This document shows, piece by piece, positions 52,990-62,772 of a stretch of DNA of 64,000 nt. The notes under the pieces were generated by a model. The model made no database searches, was not told the origin of the DNA, and saw nothing but the letters and a program-made list of their open reading frames with translations. Both the position numbers and the translations under genes were made by a program. This DNA is from Nitrosopumilus sp. (lineage in GTDB: Archaea; Thermoproteota; Nitrososphaeria; Nitrososphaerales; Nitrosopumilaceae). Location: assembly GCA_965219345.1 (NCBI GenBank), contig OZ244732.1, positions 1-64,000 on the forward strand, in the 5' to 3' direction. The number at the start of each line of letters is the position of its first letter. The first letter of the stretch is position 1.

Positions 52990-54057
52990 TCTATTGTACG
53001 GAAATTATGTCGCGCGCCAAGAGTCCGGCGTACTGCCCAAGAGTATTTTACACTACACAAGTCCAGGCACCCCATGCCAATACGCCTGACCGACAAGGCC
53101 ATCCGATACGCCGTCAGGCAGCTGGAGAAGGGCAAAGACACCAAGACGGTCGCAGAAGAGATCAACGTCACCCAGAGGCATGTGCAGCGGCTGTGGGCCG
53201 AATTCAACAGGACTGGTTCGATCCACGTCCAGCAGCCTGCAGGACGGCCGGCAGATCTCCCACCGCCCGACGAGGAAACCAATATGGTATTAGACGTTCA
53301 CGGACGCAAGCCGGAGGGTGTGCTACGGACAGCCAAGAGGCTTTGGAAGGAGGGACACGATATAAGCTACTCCCGCGTATACCAGATAATGAAGTCCAAC
53401 GGCCTAGTCATCGACTCCCCGGCAAAGTCGAGGAAGCGCAAGTGGGTCAGGTACGAGCGCCTGTACTCGAATGCCATGTGGCATACTGACTGGCATGTGA
53501 TGAAGGATCCGCGCATGAAGGATCTGAACCTGATCACGTATCTTGATGATGCCTCCAGGTGCGTTACGGGCGCGGCATTGTTCAGGGAGGCCACCTCAGA
53601 GAACGCGGTGGCGGTGCTCCGGCAGGCAGTCGGCAGGTTCGACGTGCCGGCGACCATCCTGTCCGACAACGGCTCGTGCTTCGTCGGCAGGGGCGACCGC
53701 AAGAGGCAGACAGGCACCTGGACTCCGACCCTCTTTGAGAACGAGCTGCTGGACCACAACATAGGGCTGATCAATTCAAGACCGTATCACCCGCAGACCA
53801 ACGGAAAACTGGAGAGGTTCCACAGGAGCATCGAGGAGGAAATATGGCACTATGACGGGCTGGACGACTATGTCGAGTACTACAACACGGACAGGCTGCA
53901 CTTTTCACTGGACATCGACAACTACGAGACGCCGCTGATGGCGTTCCGCAACAAGAGGGCTACCGACGAGATAAGACAGCAGAATTCCAGATGGATGGAG
54001 GCAGATATCAATGACTGACGACCCAGACAGGGGGCGACATGATTTTCATATATTACA
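52990..54057 (+). mobile_element. IS481-family insertion sequence (about 1068 bp) with 16 bp target duplication
   Basis: Imperfect 24 bp TIRs (left end reads TCT instead of TGT, right end ACA). agaatacatcattgat is duplicated at 52974-52989 and 54058-54073. Confidence 0.88.
53074..54018 (+). CDS. IS481-family DDE transposase
   Basis: WHTD, LDDASR, LSDNGSCF, PYHPQTNGKLERFH; homologous to the transposase at 49564-50511. Confidence 0.93.
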   Translation: MPIRLTDKAIRYAVRQLEKGKDTKTVAEEINVTQRHVQRLWAEFNRTGSIHVQQPAGRPADLPPPDEETNMVLDVHGRKPEGVLRTAKRLWKEGHDISYSRVYQIMKSNGLVIDSPAKSRKRKWVRYERLYSNAMWHTDWHVMKDPRMKDLNLITYLDDASRCVTGAALFREATSENAVAVLRQAVGRFDVPATILSDNGSCFVGRGDRKRQTGTWTPTLFENELLDHNIGLINSRPYHPQTNGKLERFHRSIEEEIWHYDGLDDYVEYYNTDRLHFSLDIDNYETPLMAFRNKRATDEIRQQNSRWMEADIND

Positions 54058-54328
54058 AGAATACATCATTGATTCAAAGGAATACAATGCTGAACGTTCC
54101 AAAACTAGTTTTTTCTGATGTACGTCAAGTGATTGAGTAATTCTTTTGTGATCAATTTTTGCATGTTCTGCTCCTGTAAAATAACCATCTCTAAGTAAAT
54201 AATCCATCATATCTGCACCAAGTGTACCTGAAACGATTTCATTCATGTATTGAAATTTGGAATCTCCAAAGGCAATTTTTGTAATTAGCTTTTTGTCAAA
54301 ACCATTTTTTGATAAACTATCACCAATC
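54058..54328 (-). pseudogene. Internal fragment of an HD-domain phosphohydrolase gene
   Basis: GADMMDYLLRDGYFTG motif of dGTPase/SAMHD1-like HD proteins; both ends missing. Confidence 0.75.
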
Positions 54329-54694
54329 TCAGACAAAGAATAATTTTCTAAATGCCACGCATCATCATCATCGGAATTTTCTTGATTCCATTTATCAAGC
54401 TCAATCCAGTTAGAGCCATCATAAATCTCTAAAATCAAATATTCATTCAAGTCAAGAGAGCGGTCCACATATCTGTAAAACGATAAAAACTCATCTGAAT
54501 AATCAGTCATGTCTAAAGAGACAGATTTTGTCAAAGTACAAACAGTATCACAATCATCGGCTTCTGCCACTTTGTTTGATGCGGTATGATCCGGAGGCAA
54601 TCTGAACTCATCGAATCTATCAGATCTCCAATCAGGTTCTCCTGATTCAATCCAACCATCTAAATTACCATCTTCAAAGTCGTCTGAGAATATT
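54329..54694. repeat. 366 bp diverged direct copy of 48594-48959 (domain of the giant surface protein)
   Basis: Colinear match with about 14 substitutions by manual count. Confidence 0.92.
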
Positions 54695-55003
54695 AGACTT
54701 TATGCGTAATCACACTTGCAAATTTTTTTTTTTTTTTTTTTTGTGGCGCAGGCCGTACCAAGCCTGTCTGCACCCGTTGCCCACAGGCCATCCTCAAGTT
54801 CCAGCCGCTCGCGGAGAGAGCTGGCTGCCTTGATGTGCTTGCTGGCTTCCCTGTCCTTCTGCCTGATCGTCCTGTCCTTCTCTTTGAGCTCCCTTTGCAG
54901 CCTTCGTATGGTCTGTTCGGGGGACTCCATTGCATGTGGCGGCGATCAAGGCGGATCTAAATCTTTCGAAAAATTTGCAAGTGGCGATTATGCATAAAGT
55001 CTA
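54694..55003. mobile_element. MITE related to the 37381-37845 element, with a T20 tract
   Basis: Imperfect TIRs of about 33 bp, tagactttatgc(g/a)taatc..acttgcaaattt. ORF stub MESPEQTIRRLQ...LELEDGLWAT is homologous to MPDSSDQTIRQLQ...LDLERGLWKT. Confidence 0.85.
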
Positions 55004-55020
55004 ATATTAGAATCATAATA

Positions 55021-56106
55021 TCAAATATTGAGAAAACCCCAACCTCGCATGATTAATTTATCAGCAGAAGTTGGCTTTACACAAACTGTTTTACTTTTAT
55101 CATATTTCATAAGAGATACAAAATTAGATTTACAAGATGAATTTTCAACGTTAATTTTAGATATTGTTTTTTGATCTTCAAATTCCAACAGAGGTATAGT
55201 TAGATTATAATCATGATCAAATGCAGTATCACCACTAATCGGAGAAGCAATCTCAAATCTTGAATATTGCGCATTTGCAGATAAATTAAATTCAAAAGTC
55301 TGATAGTTTGAATATTGATGAGTTACTAGATCATCAATATTTTGATAAAGTTCCCAGCCATCTAAAAGTATAAAAAAATTTTGTGTATTTTCTTTGGTTA
55401 CTAATGGTAATACAGTATAGGGAACATCAATAGTGAAAACAGTGTCAGAAGTAACATTTTGTGTTTCTATTAAAAATTCAGAAATATTAAAATTACAAAA
55501 TCTTTTAATTTCACCACTGCCAAGTGTATAATTTAACATTATTTCTCTTCCTAAACATCTTGTATCATAAATCTCATTCAAAGTTGGAAGGTGAATTTCT
55601 GCACTTTTTTGACCTGATTCAACTAAGCCAATACACCAATTAGGTTCTGAATAATCCACATCATCAATAATTGCAAAAGTGCCAAAATATTCTATATACG
55701 TTATTGGTTCTAACCAAGTAAATTCTAAAGTTCTTGATTCATCTGTTTGAGAAATTTGTGTAACTGATGCTAGTGATTTAAACGAATCAATATTTGTAGT
55801 CAAGCTCCTAATATTACTACAAGATTCATAGTCAAAATGCTTTAGATCAATGTTGTTTTTTGGAATAGTTATTGTAAGGCTTCCCGATTCTTGTGCGTCA
55901 AGATAAATTTTGTACCATAGATAGTTAGGTTCTGCACAAAACTGTAAAAATTCTCCATTTGTAATTGAATGTTCTAATGGCGTGATTATTTTATATTGAT
56001 ATTGATTTGATAAGGAATACTCCTCTTCACATCCTAATTCTGCATAAACCTCAGGTATTGTTAGTACAGCTAAAATAATAATTGCACAATATCCTAATTT
56101 TTTCAT
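55021..56106 (-). CDS. Exported protein with two PEFG-CTERM-protein-like domains and a C-terminal two-Cys module
   Basis: Signal peptide; GSLTITIPKNNID, SRTLEF, FFILLDG; ends with CKSNFVSLMK...VCVKPTSADKLIMRGW. Confidence 0.75.
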   Translation of the reverse strand: MKKLGYCAIIILAVLTIPEVYAELGCEEEYSLSNQYQYKIITPLEHSITNGEFLQFCAEPNYLWYKIYLDAQESGSLTITIPKNNIDLKHFDYESCSNIRSLTTNIDSFKSLASVTQISQTDESRTLEFTWLEPITYIEYFGTFAIIDDVDYSEPNWCIGLVESGQKSAEIHLPTLNEIYDTRCLGREIMLNYTLGSGEIKRFCNFNISEFLIETQNVTSDTVFTIDVPYTVLPLVTKENTQNFFILLDGWELYQNIDDLVTHQYSNYQTFEFNLSANAQYSRFEIASPISGDTAFDHDYNLTIPLLEFEDQKTISKINVENSSCKSNFVSLMKYDKSKTVCVKPTSADKLIMRGWGFLNI

Positions 56107-56154
56107 TAATAAAATAAATATTTAGTTATTATTACAAATAACTTTCTATATTTT

Positions 56155-57334
56155 TAGTCTGTTGCACAACCTCCACACCCATGGCTTGGTAACACCTTAC
56201 AGTGCAGGTTCACGCCGTGCTACATCAGGCCCATCCTCCCCTTGACGTAATCATGTTGTACGTGGCGACCTTGAGCATGATCTCGTGGATCATATTCTCC
56301 CGCTTTGCTGCCATCACATACTCGCCAAATATCCTCTTAAAGGCAGAAAACACGATCTCCACTATCCAGCGCCTTCCGTATCTCACCCTACTCTTCCACT
56401 TTTTCTGGTTCTCCTCTTTCTGTTTGCTTGTAAGCGTTCCCACGGGGCTGACAGGCGACCCTCCAAGCTGATCCCGCACTGCCAGCCCCCACGCATCGCC
56501 GGATCCCTTGCCGCGTGCAGTGGAGTTGATCCTAAGCCGGATGAGTGGGGCGTGATGCCGCGGTTCTTGCACTATTTGTGGATATTTTGTGATGCATATG
56601 CGCCGTCCTCGTCCCCAAAGGCATCTCGATCACGGCGGCCGCCTCGGCATCTGCACCTTTGGCTGCATTCTGTTGTCCTGATCCTGCCGTATCAGGCTCC
56701 GCCTGGTTCAGCAGGGGGACAAACGTCTTGGAATCCCCCACAGAGCCGTCTGTGATCTTCAGCGAGAGGATCAGTCCCGTGTCGGTGTCTGCCAGCGCAT
56801 GCATCTTGATAAACCCGCGCCTGACCTTCCACTTTTTATTTATCCACTCCCCCCCTGTTGGCCACCTTGATGCCTGTTGCATCGACTGCATAGAACATGC
56901 CTGGTGCCGTCCCTTGCAGTAACGGCAACCATGCTGCCCATGGCCTGGACGCTGAGACCACGAATTCTCCTGAACATGGTGGTGTGATCCGGTATTGGAA
57001 CGCCGGGCATCATCTCTGATACCATGCTCGCAGCTGCCTGTAGGGTATCTGCGCCATGGATCTTATGATGGCAATTGATGCAAACAGGGACTGCATACAG
57101 GAACGGCGCCCCGTTCTTGCGGCAGTTTGCAGATTTCAGCTCCTGCTCCCACCCCGGATTCTGGTGCATGGCAAGCATCCTGCCACGCTCCACGTACTTT
57201 GCGTTGTCTGTAGATGCCACTGTGTATGGTTGGCAGGTTACCTGATCCAAGTGTCTTTTGGCGCACCAATGTCTGTCCAATGGTAAAAATTGTTGGCATC
57301 AGTCAGGTTTTAGGCGTAGTTGTGCAACAGACTA
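56155..57334 (-). mobile_element. Decayed IS5-family (IS903-like) element with multiply frameshifted transposase
   Basis: 16 bp IR tagtctgttgcacaac / gttgtgcaacagacta. Fragments PDHTTMFRR, RGFIKMHALAD and YGRRWIVEIVFSAFKR lie in separate ORFs. Confidence 0.88.
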
Positions 57335-57349
57335 TAATGAAGAACCAAA

Positions 57350-58444
57350 CTATGGGTTTATCACAGCACGGCCAATGATTTTTCGTGCTTTGAGATCTTC
57401 CAAGGCAGTGTTTGCCTCATCTAGAGCATATCTTTTTGATATGACCGGTTTTATTACGCCTTTTTTTGCTAACTCGATCAATTCAACCATGTCATTATAG
57501 TTACCAGTATAAGCACCCTGAATAGTAATGGATTTGAGTGGAATTGTCACAAGTGATAATTCCAGAGAGCCTCCAAAAAGTCCAACAAGTACTAGGTTTC
57601 CCCTTTTCCGTAAAACTCCCAGCCCCGTTTTTACAGTTTGAGGGGCATTTACAAAGTCGATAACACTATCAGCTCCTTTGCCATTACAAATGGAAATTAT
57701 TTTTTCTGTTGGAGTTCCAATTCCAGAAGCTAAAGACCCAGTTACATTAGTATTTACAACAAAATCTGCGCCCATCTTTTTTGCGGTTTCAAATTTTTTG
57801 TCATCATTATCAATGCAGATGATTTTGGCTTTAGTTATTGCTTTTGCAATTTGAATTGCCATCAATCCTAACCCACCAGCCCCAATTATCAATAAAAATT
57901 CAGGTGAATTTGCATTTGCTTTTTTTACAGCATTATACGCAGTAAGTCCAGAACAAGCAAGCGAAGTTGCAGAGTCTAGATCAACACCATCAAGTTTTGC
58001 TAAATATTTAGAATCTGGAATTAAAGCATAATCAGAATACCCGCCATCTTGAAAAACACCCATTGACTTTGGGATATCACATAGATTTTCATTTCCTACT
58101 TTACATGCAGGACATTCTCCACAACCTATCCAGGGAAAAACTAGAACTTCATCTCCTTTGGATATTCCAGAAACACCATCACCAATTTCTTCAACAGTGC
58201 CAGCAATCTCATGCCCAGGAGTTACGGGATATTTTACACCTCTATCTGTAACTTTCATAAATTGTCCATCTCCAAGATCGTAGCCACCTTCCCACAAGTG
58301 TAAATCACTATGACAGACACCCACAGATTGTACTTTAACTAAAACCTGATTTCCTTGAGGTTTTGGTGTCTCAAACTCTAATACTGCAAGAGGCTCATTA
58401 GGGCCTGTGATTCTGACAGATTTCATAGACTGATTTTTTGTCAT
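57350..58444 (-). CDS. Zinc-dependent alcohol dehydrogenase
   Basis: GVCHSD, GHE, CGECPAC...C, GAGGLG. Confidence 0.94.
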   Translation of the reverse strand: MTKNQSMKSVRITGPNEPLAVLEFETPKPQGNQVLVKVQSVGVCHSDLHLWEGGYDLGDGQFMKVTDRGVKYPVTPGHEIAGTVEEIGDGVSGISKGDEVLVFPWIGCGECPACKVGNENLCDIPKSMGVFQDGGYSDYALIPDSKYLAKLDGVDLDSATSLACSGLTAYNAVKKANANSPEFLLIIGAGGLGLMAIQIAKAITKAKIICIDNDDKKFETAKKMGADFVVNTNVTGSLASGIGTPTEKIISICNGKGADSVIDFVNAPQTVKTGLGVLRKRGNLVLVGLFGGSLELSLVTIPLKSITIQGAYTGNYNDMVELIELAKKGVIKPVISKRYALDEANTALEDLKARKIIGRAVINP

Positions 58445-58457
58445 AACAATATAAGAG

Positions 58458-59198
58458 TTGACTGGAAGTGAGAAAAAAATAGAGCCTTTAGATATTATGG
58501 AATATGGCAGAAATAATTATGTGAGTGACCCACAAACTCCCAATAGCATTTCTCAAGAACCAGTGAATATTCTATTCAGTCCATCATCTGTTGCTAAAAA
58601 AGACGTTTGGGATATTGACTTGATTCAAATTTTAAACTTGTTGATAAAAATTCTAGAAAAATCAGGTAAAAAGGATCTCAAAGTTGCAGGAATGGCAGCA
58701 TTATCATCATCATTAATCTATAGAATGAAAGTTGAAAGTATTTTTGCATTACAAAGAGCAGCAATGGAGAAAAAACCAATGCATCAAAGAACAGATATAG
58801 ATATTCAATTAATCGACATTCCATTCAGGCATGAATCGACATATCCAGTCTCATTAGATGATTTACTTGGACTGCTTCAAAACCTCATTGGCACAATTGC
58901 TAATCCTCAATCAAGAAGAAACAGGCGTTTAGAGATTGAGCCAATTGAGGCACCGGATTTCCAAGAATATTTCATTTCACTTGAAAGTATTATTGGAAAA
59001 TATGAAGACTTGGTGATGAAGAAAATTTCATTGAAAGGATTTGGATTGCTTCAAGACATAATTACAGAACTAGATGAAATTGATTCAATCAGATGTTTCT
59101 TTGCAATATTATTTTTAGCCAGAGACCAAAAGGTAGATCTTGAGCAGGTTGAAGAGGACATCAAAATTACTGTAATAAAAGAAGAATTAACAAACTGA
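58458..59198 (+). CDS. scpA: Segregation/condensation protein A (kleisin)
   Basis: DVWDIDL, VSLDDL and FFAILFLA...LEQ motifs; followed by scpB. Start may be GTG 58521. Confidence 0.85.
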   Translation: MTGSEKKIEPLDIMEYGRNNYVSDPQTPNSISQEPVNILFSPSSVAKKDVWDIDLIQILNLLIKILEKSGKKDLKVAGMAALSSSLIYRMKVESIFALQRAAMEKKPMHQRTDIDIQLIDIPFRHESTYPVSLDDLLGLLQNLIGTIANPQSRRNRRLEIEPIEAPDFQEYFISLESIIGKYEDLVMKKISLKGFGLLQDIITELDEIDSIRCFFAILFLARDQKVDLEQVEEDIKITVIKEELTN

Positions 59199-59251
59199 TC
59201 AATAATGGAGAAAAGATTTCTTTAACTAGATTTTAGAGGAGAGGTTGATAA

Positions 59252-59830
59252 TTGGCTAAAATTTCGAATTTGGATGAAGCAACGGCAAGAATTGAAGCAG
59301 CACTTTACTCAGCTGGTAGGCCTCTTAGAACAGAAGATCTAATCAGAGCCTCAGGCACAGAATCTAGAACCAAGACACTGGAATTACTCAAGAACATTAT
59401 GAAAAATACAAAGTCAGCATTCAAAGCACTTGAAGTAGTCATACTTCCAGATGGTTCATACGTATTTCAGTTAAAGCCAGAATACAGTTCTACGGTGAAA
59501 AGATATGCTTCGAAGCCTGTTCTTCCAAATGCAACACTAAAGACATTATCATATATTGCATATAGCCAGCCAATCTCATCAAAACAACTTGTCGAAATAA
59601 GGGGAACAGGTGTTTATGCACACCTAAAAGAACTACGACAATTAGATTACATCAGTAATCAAAATGTTGGAAGATTAAGAATTTACACGACAACAGAAAA
59701 GTTCCAAAAGTATTTCGGAATTCAAGGAGATGCAGAAGATCTAAAACAAAGACTTTTCTCCAAAGTTAGGAAAACAGCAAGTATGAGCCAAGCAAATTCC
59801 ACTCCTCAAATCGTTACAGAGCTAAACTAA
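59252..59830 (+). CDS. scpB: Segregation/condensation protein B
   Basis: IEAALY, TLSYIAYSQPI, EIRG, YTTTEKF..YFG. Confidence 0.92.
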   Translation: MAKISNLDEATARIEAALYSAGRPLRTEDLIRASGTESRTKTLELLKNIMKNTKSAFKALEVVILPDGSYVFQLKPEYSSTVKRYASKPVLPNATLKTLSYIAYSQPISSKQLVEIRGTGVYAHLKELRQLDYISNQNVGRLRIYTTTEKFQKYFGIQGDAEDLKQRLFSKVRKTASMSQANSTPQIVTELN

Positions 59831-59898
59831 GTAGATTTTTTGGCCCAGGCCTAATTTTTTGCGTTTTGTATAAATTAGAGTGATTCAGACAAGTTTTT

Positions 59899-60282
59899 GT
59901 GAAAAAGTGCGTGGAGAATTTAGCAACCAGTAAAATTACTGGAGGAAGAAGACACCCACTTAGAATTAGACGAAAGTATGAAACGGATAGATATCCAAAT
60001 GAACCTGTCAATGGAGCTCAAGTAACAATAACAAGACATGTACGTGGGAATAATAGAAAAACAGCTTTGAAAACAATCGACTTTGTTAATCTAGCTACAG
60101 GAGATGCTAAAGTTAAGAAGACAAAAATTCTCAAAGTTTTAGATAATGCTACAAATAATGATTACAAAAGACGCGGTATTATTACAAAAGGTGCAATACT
60201 AGAAATACAAGAAGGTAAATGTAGAGTAGTTTCCAAACCAGGGCAAATTGGAATAGTTAACGCAGTTTTACTAAAGGAGTAA
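59899..60282 (+). CDS. rps8e: 30S ribosomal protein S8e
   Basis: TGGRR, RGNNRK, RRGIITKGAI, KPGQIGIVNAV. Confidence 0.95.
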   Translation: MKKCVENLATSKITGGRRHPLRIRRKYETDRYPNEPVNGAQVTITRHVRGNNRKTALKTIDFVNLATGDAKVKKTKILKVLDNATNNDYKRRGIITKGAILEIQEGKCRVVSKPGQIGIVNAVLLKE

Positions 60283-60283
60283 A

Positions 60284-60583
60284 ATGAAAGATTACGAACA
60301 CATCGTAATCTGGTTGGATTATTTTAACAAGAATTTAAAAAAATCAAAAGGAAGAAGACAGGGATTAGAAAAATGTATTTTTGATCCTTCATTAAAAGAA
60401 TTAATTGATGCAACAAAAGCTGCGGGATTTGAAATAACAGAGTCTGATGATAAAGTAAGATTTCCTAAAAGACCATTTGTCAGGTCTGGGTATGTTGTTT
60501 TGCCAAAAGGATCCTCTAAAACAAAAATTCTTAACAAAATTTCTGAAAAACTAGTTTTGAAAAGGTCAAAACAATCAAAATAA
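60284..60583 (+). CDS. srp19: Signal recognition particle protein SRP19
   Basis: IWLDYFN...KSKGRR motif; sits in the rps8e-srp19-gar1-tfb cluster. Confidence 0.88.
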   Translation: MKDYEHIVIWLDYFNKNLKKSKGRRQGLEKCIFDPSLKELIDATKAAGFEITESDDKVRFPKRPFVRSGYVVLPKGSSKTKILNKISEKLVLKRSKQSK

Positions 60584-60655
60584 AATCAAATCTAGCTCTT
60601 GCTAAAGTAAAGTTGACAGAAGTCTATGATAGGAATATCATGTTAGTTATTTTAA

Positions 60656-60925
60656 TTGCAGGAGGTAGGCGAAATAATGCACCTAGCTGGTAGTGGCAGG
60701 GTTATCGTTCAACTATCTAACAAACTAGTTGAAGGACAAATACTCTGCGACGAAAAGGGAACTAGAGTTGCAAAAGTAATGGAATTGATTGGTCCAGTAA
60801 AAAGACCATTTGCATCAGCAACTCCGTTAACAAATAATATCAAAAAATACATTGGCAAAAGTGTTTTCGCATCCGAACAACCTCCTGCTAGTACACCAAA
60901 AAAATTTAGGAGAAGAAAAAAATGA
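60656..60925 (+). CDS. gar1: H/ACA RNP protein Gar1/Naf1
   Basis: KVMELIGPVKRPF motif and gene context. Confidence 0.82.
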   Translation: MQEVGEIMHLAGSGRVIVQLSNKLVEGQILCDEKGTRVAKVMELIGPVKRPFASATPLTNNIKKYIGKSVFASEQPPASTPKKFRRRKK

Positions 60926-61878
60926 ACTTACTAGAAACCAAAAGCTGTCCTGAATGTAAATCAACATTAGTTGATGACATACAGAATGGCGAAATAATCT
61001 GTTCTGGTTGTGGCGTTGTAGTCGCTGACCAGATTGCAGACTTTGGTCCAGAAACAATTAGTTCGAATCTTGAAGACAAAATGAAGCTAGCAAGAGCGAC
61101 AGGACAAACAACGTATTCTCAACATGACTTGGGAATAACGACTGAGATCTCACTTGGTGCAAAGGACTTTAGTGGAAAAACAATCAACCATGAAGTTGCA
61201 AATCAAATGCATAATCTCAGAAAATGGCAACAAAGAATACGAGTTTCCTCACCAAGAGAAAGAAGACTTGCAAATGTTTTAGCAAAAATGGGCGAAACAT
61301 GTGATGGTCTTAATCTTTCAAAGAACGTATTGGAAACTGCTTCTATGATATACAGAAACTTGGATGGACATGTCGATGTAAAAGGAAAATCGGTAGTTAG
61401 TATTACAGCTGCTACAATTTACATGGCATGTAAACAATGTGACGTAATAAGATCACTAGAAGAAATTTGCCGAGGAATATGTCCATCAAAAGATGTCAAA
61501 TCAAAAACAAAACTTGCAGCAAGATACTATAGAATCATGGTAATGGAAATGGGGCAATTTACAGCCCCAGTCGTAACCATGGACAAATACATCTCAAAGA
61601 TAGCAAATATGACACAGACTGAGGTTAGAGTAGAAAGACTAGCCTTGGAAATTGCAGAAAAAACCAAAGATAGTAGCATTTCAGATGGAAAGGCTCCAAA
61701 CGGAATTGCAGCAGCATATCTGTATGTTGCATCAGTCCTGCTTGGACAAAACATACTTCAAAGAGACGTTTCAAGTGTTGCAGGAGTCACAGAAGTTACT
61801 ATCAGAAATAGATGTAAAGAGATTCTAACAAGTCACAAACTCAAAATTACTTTGAGACCATCTCTGACCAAAAATTAA
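60922..61878 (+). CDS. tfb: Transcription initiation factor IIB
   Basis: CPEC...CSGCG zinc ribbon, LRKWQQRIR, GKAPNGIAAA, VTEVTIRNR. Confidence 0.96.
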   Translation: MNLLETKSCPECKSTLVDDIQNGEIICSGCGVVVADQIADFGPETISSNLEDKMKLARATGQTTYSQHDLGITTEISLGAKDFSGKTINHEVANQMHNLRKWQQRIRVSSPRERRLANVLAKMGETCDGLNLSKNVLETASMIYRNLDGHVDVKGKSVVSITAATIYMACKQCDVIRSLEEICRGICPSKDVKSKTKLAARYYRIMVMEMGQFTAPVVTMDKYISKIANMTQTEVRVERLALEIAEKTKDSSISDGKAPNGIAAAYLYVASVLLGQNILQRDVSSVAGVTEVTIRNRCKEILTSHKLKITLRPSLTKN

Positions 61879-61967
61879 TCCCCCCCCTTCATTTTATTAC
61901 AAAGAGTTACCGTTAGGATTAGCTAAATTTCGTCGGCATTATATAGTGAAACAAAATACAGCGCAAC

Positions 61968-62738
61968 ATGGCAGTATTAGAAATAAAAGATCTTCATGTA
62001 TCAAGAGAAGGTAAAGAAATTCTCAAAGGAGTAAATCTAAAAACAGGTCCTGGACAAGTACATGCCATTATGGGACCAAATGGTTCAGGAAAAAGTACAC
62101 TAGCTTATACATTGCTTGGACATCCAAAATATCAAGTTACACAAGGAGATATTTTGATTGATGGTGAAAGCATTTTAGATTTGAAGGCAGATGAAAGAGC
62201 AAAGAAAGGATTATTCTTGGGATTTCAATACCCAACAGAAGTTTCAGGTGTAGGATTTTCTCACTTTCTTAGAACAGCTTACAACTCTTTAAGCAAAGCA
62301 CTAGAAGGAGACGATAGAGAAGTATTCATTACAGTAAGAGAATTTCAAAAATATCTAAAAGAAAACCTGGCTAAAGTGGGGTTAAAAGAAGAATTTCTTT
62401 CAAGATATCTTAACGAAGGATTCTCAGGAGGAGAGAAAAAACGTGCAGAAGTTTTACAAATGGCAGTGTTAAAACCAAAAATTGCAATTTTAGATGAACC
62501 AGATTCAGGTTTAGATATTGATGCTGTTCAAGCAGTGGCAAAAGCAATTAGTCAAGTATCTGGGAAAGAGGCAACTACAATTATAATTACTCACTATGCT
62601 AGAATTCTAAAATTCTTAGACAAACTAGACTTTGTTCATGTATTTGCAGAAGGAAAAGTCTTGAAAACAGGTGATGCAACCCTTGCAGACAAACTAGAAG
62701 CAGAGGGTTATGAATGGGTCATAAAACAAACAGCCTAA
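61968..62738 (+). CDS. sufC: Fe-S cluster assembly ATPase SufC
   Basis: GPNGSGKST, NEGFSGGEKKR, LDEPDSGLDIDA, ITHY. Confidence 0.95.
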   Translation: MAVLEIKDLHVSREGKEILKGVNLKTGPGQVHAIMGPNGSGKSTLAYTLLGHPKYQVTQGDILIDGESILDLKADERAKKGLFLGFQYPTEVSGVGFSHFLRTAYNSLSKALEGDDREVFITVREFQKYLKENLAKVGLKEEFLSRYLNEGFSGGEKKRAEVLQMAVLKPKIAILDEPDSGLDIDAVQAVAKAISQVSGKEATTIIITHYARILKFLDKLDFVHVFAEGKVLKTGDATLADKLEAEGYEWVIKQTA

Positions 62739-62772
62739 TCAAATTTAAACAGAACATTTTTTTGAAAAACTA

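Noticed and set aside
52962-53282. N-terminal extension of ORF 51771-53282 (503 aa)
   Set aside because: Mostly antisense read-through of the IS481 element; the real gene most likely starts at the ATG at 52961.
49549-54057. Composite transposon formed by the two inverted IS481 copies
   Set aside because: Each copy has its own distinct TSD and they differ in sequence, so they are independent insertions.
48594-54694. The 366 bp near-identical pair as a diversity-generating retroelement TR/VR
   Set aside because: Differences are not adenine-specific on either strand and are mostly synonymous transitions. No reverse transcriptase is in the window.
61880-61887. C8 homopolymer between tfb and sufC as a phase-variable switch
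   Set aside because: It lies immediately after the tfb stop, upstream of the likely sufC promoter core, with no evidence of function.
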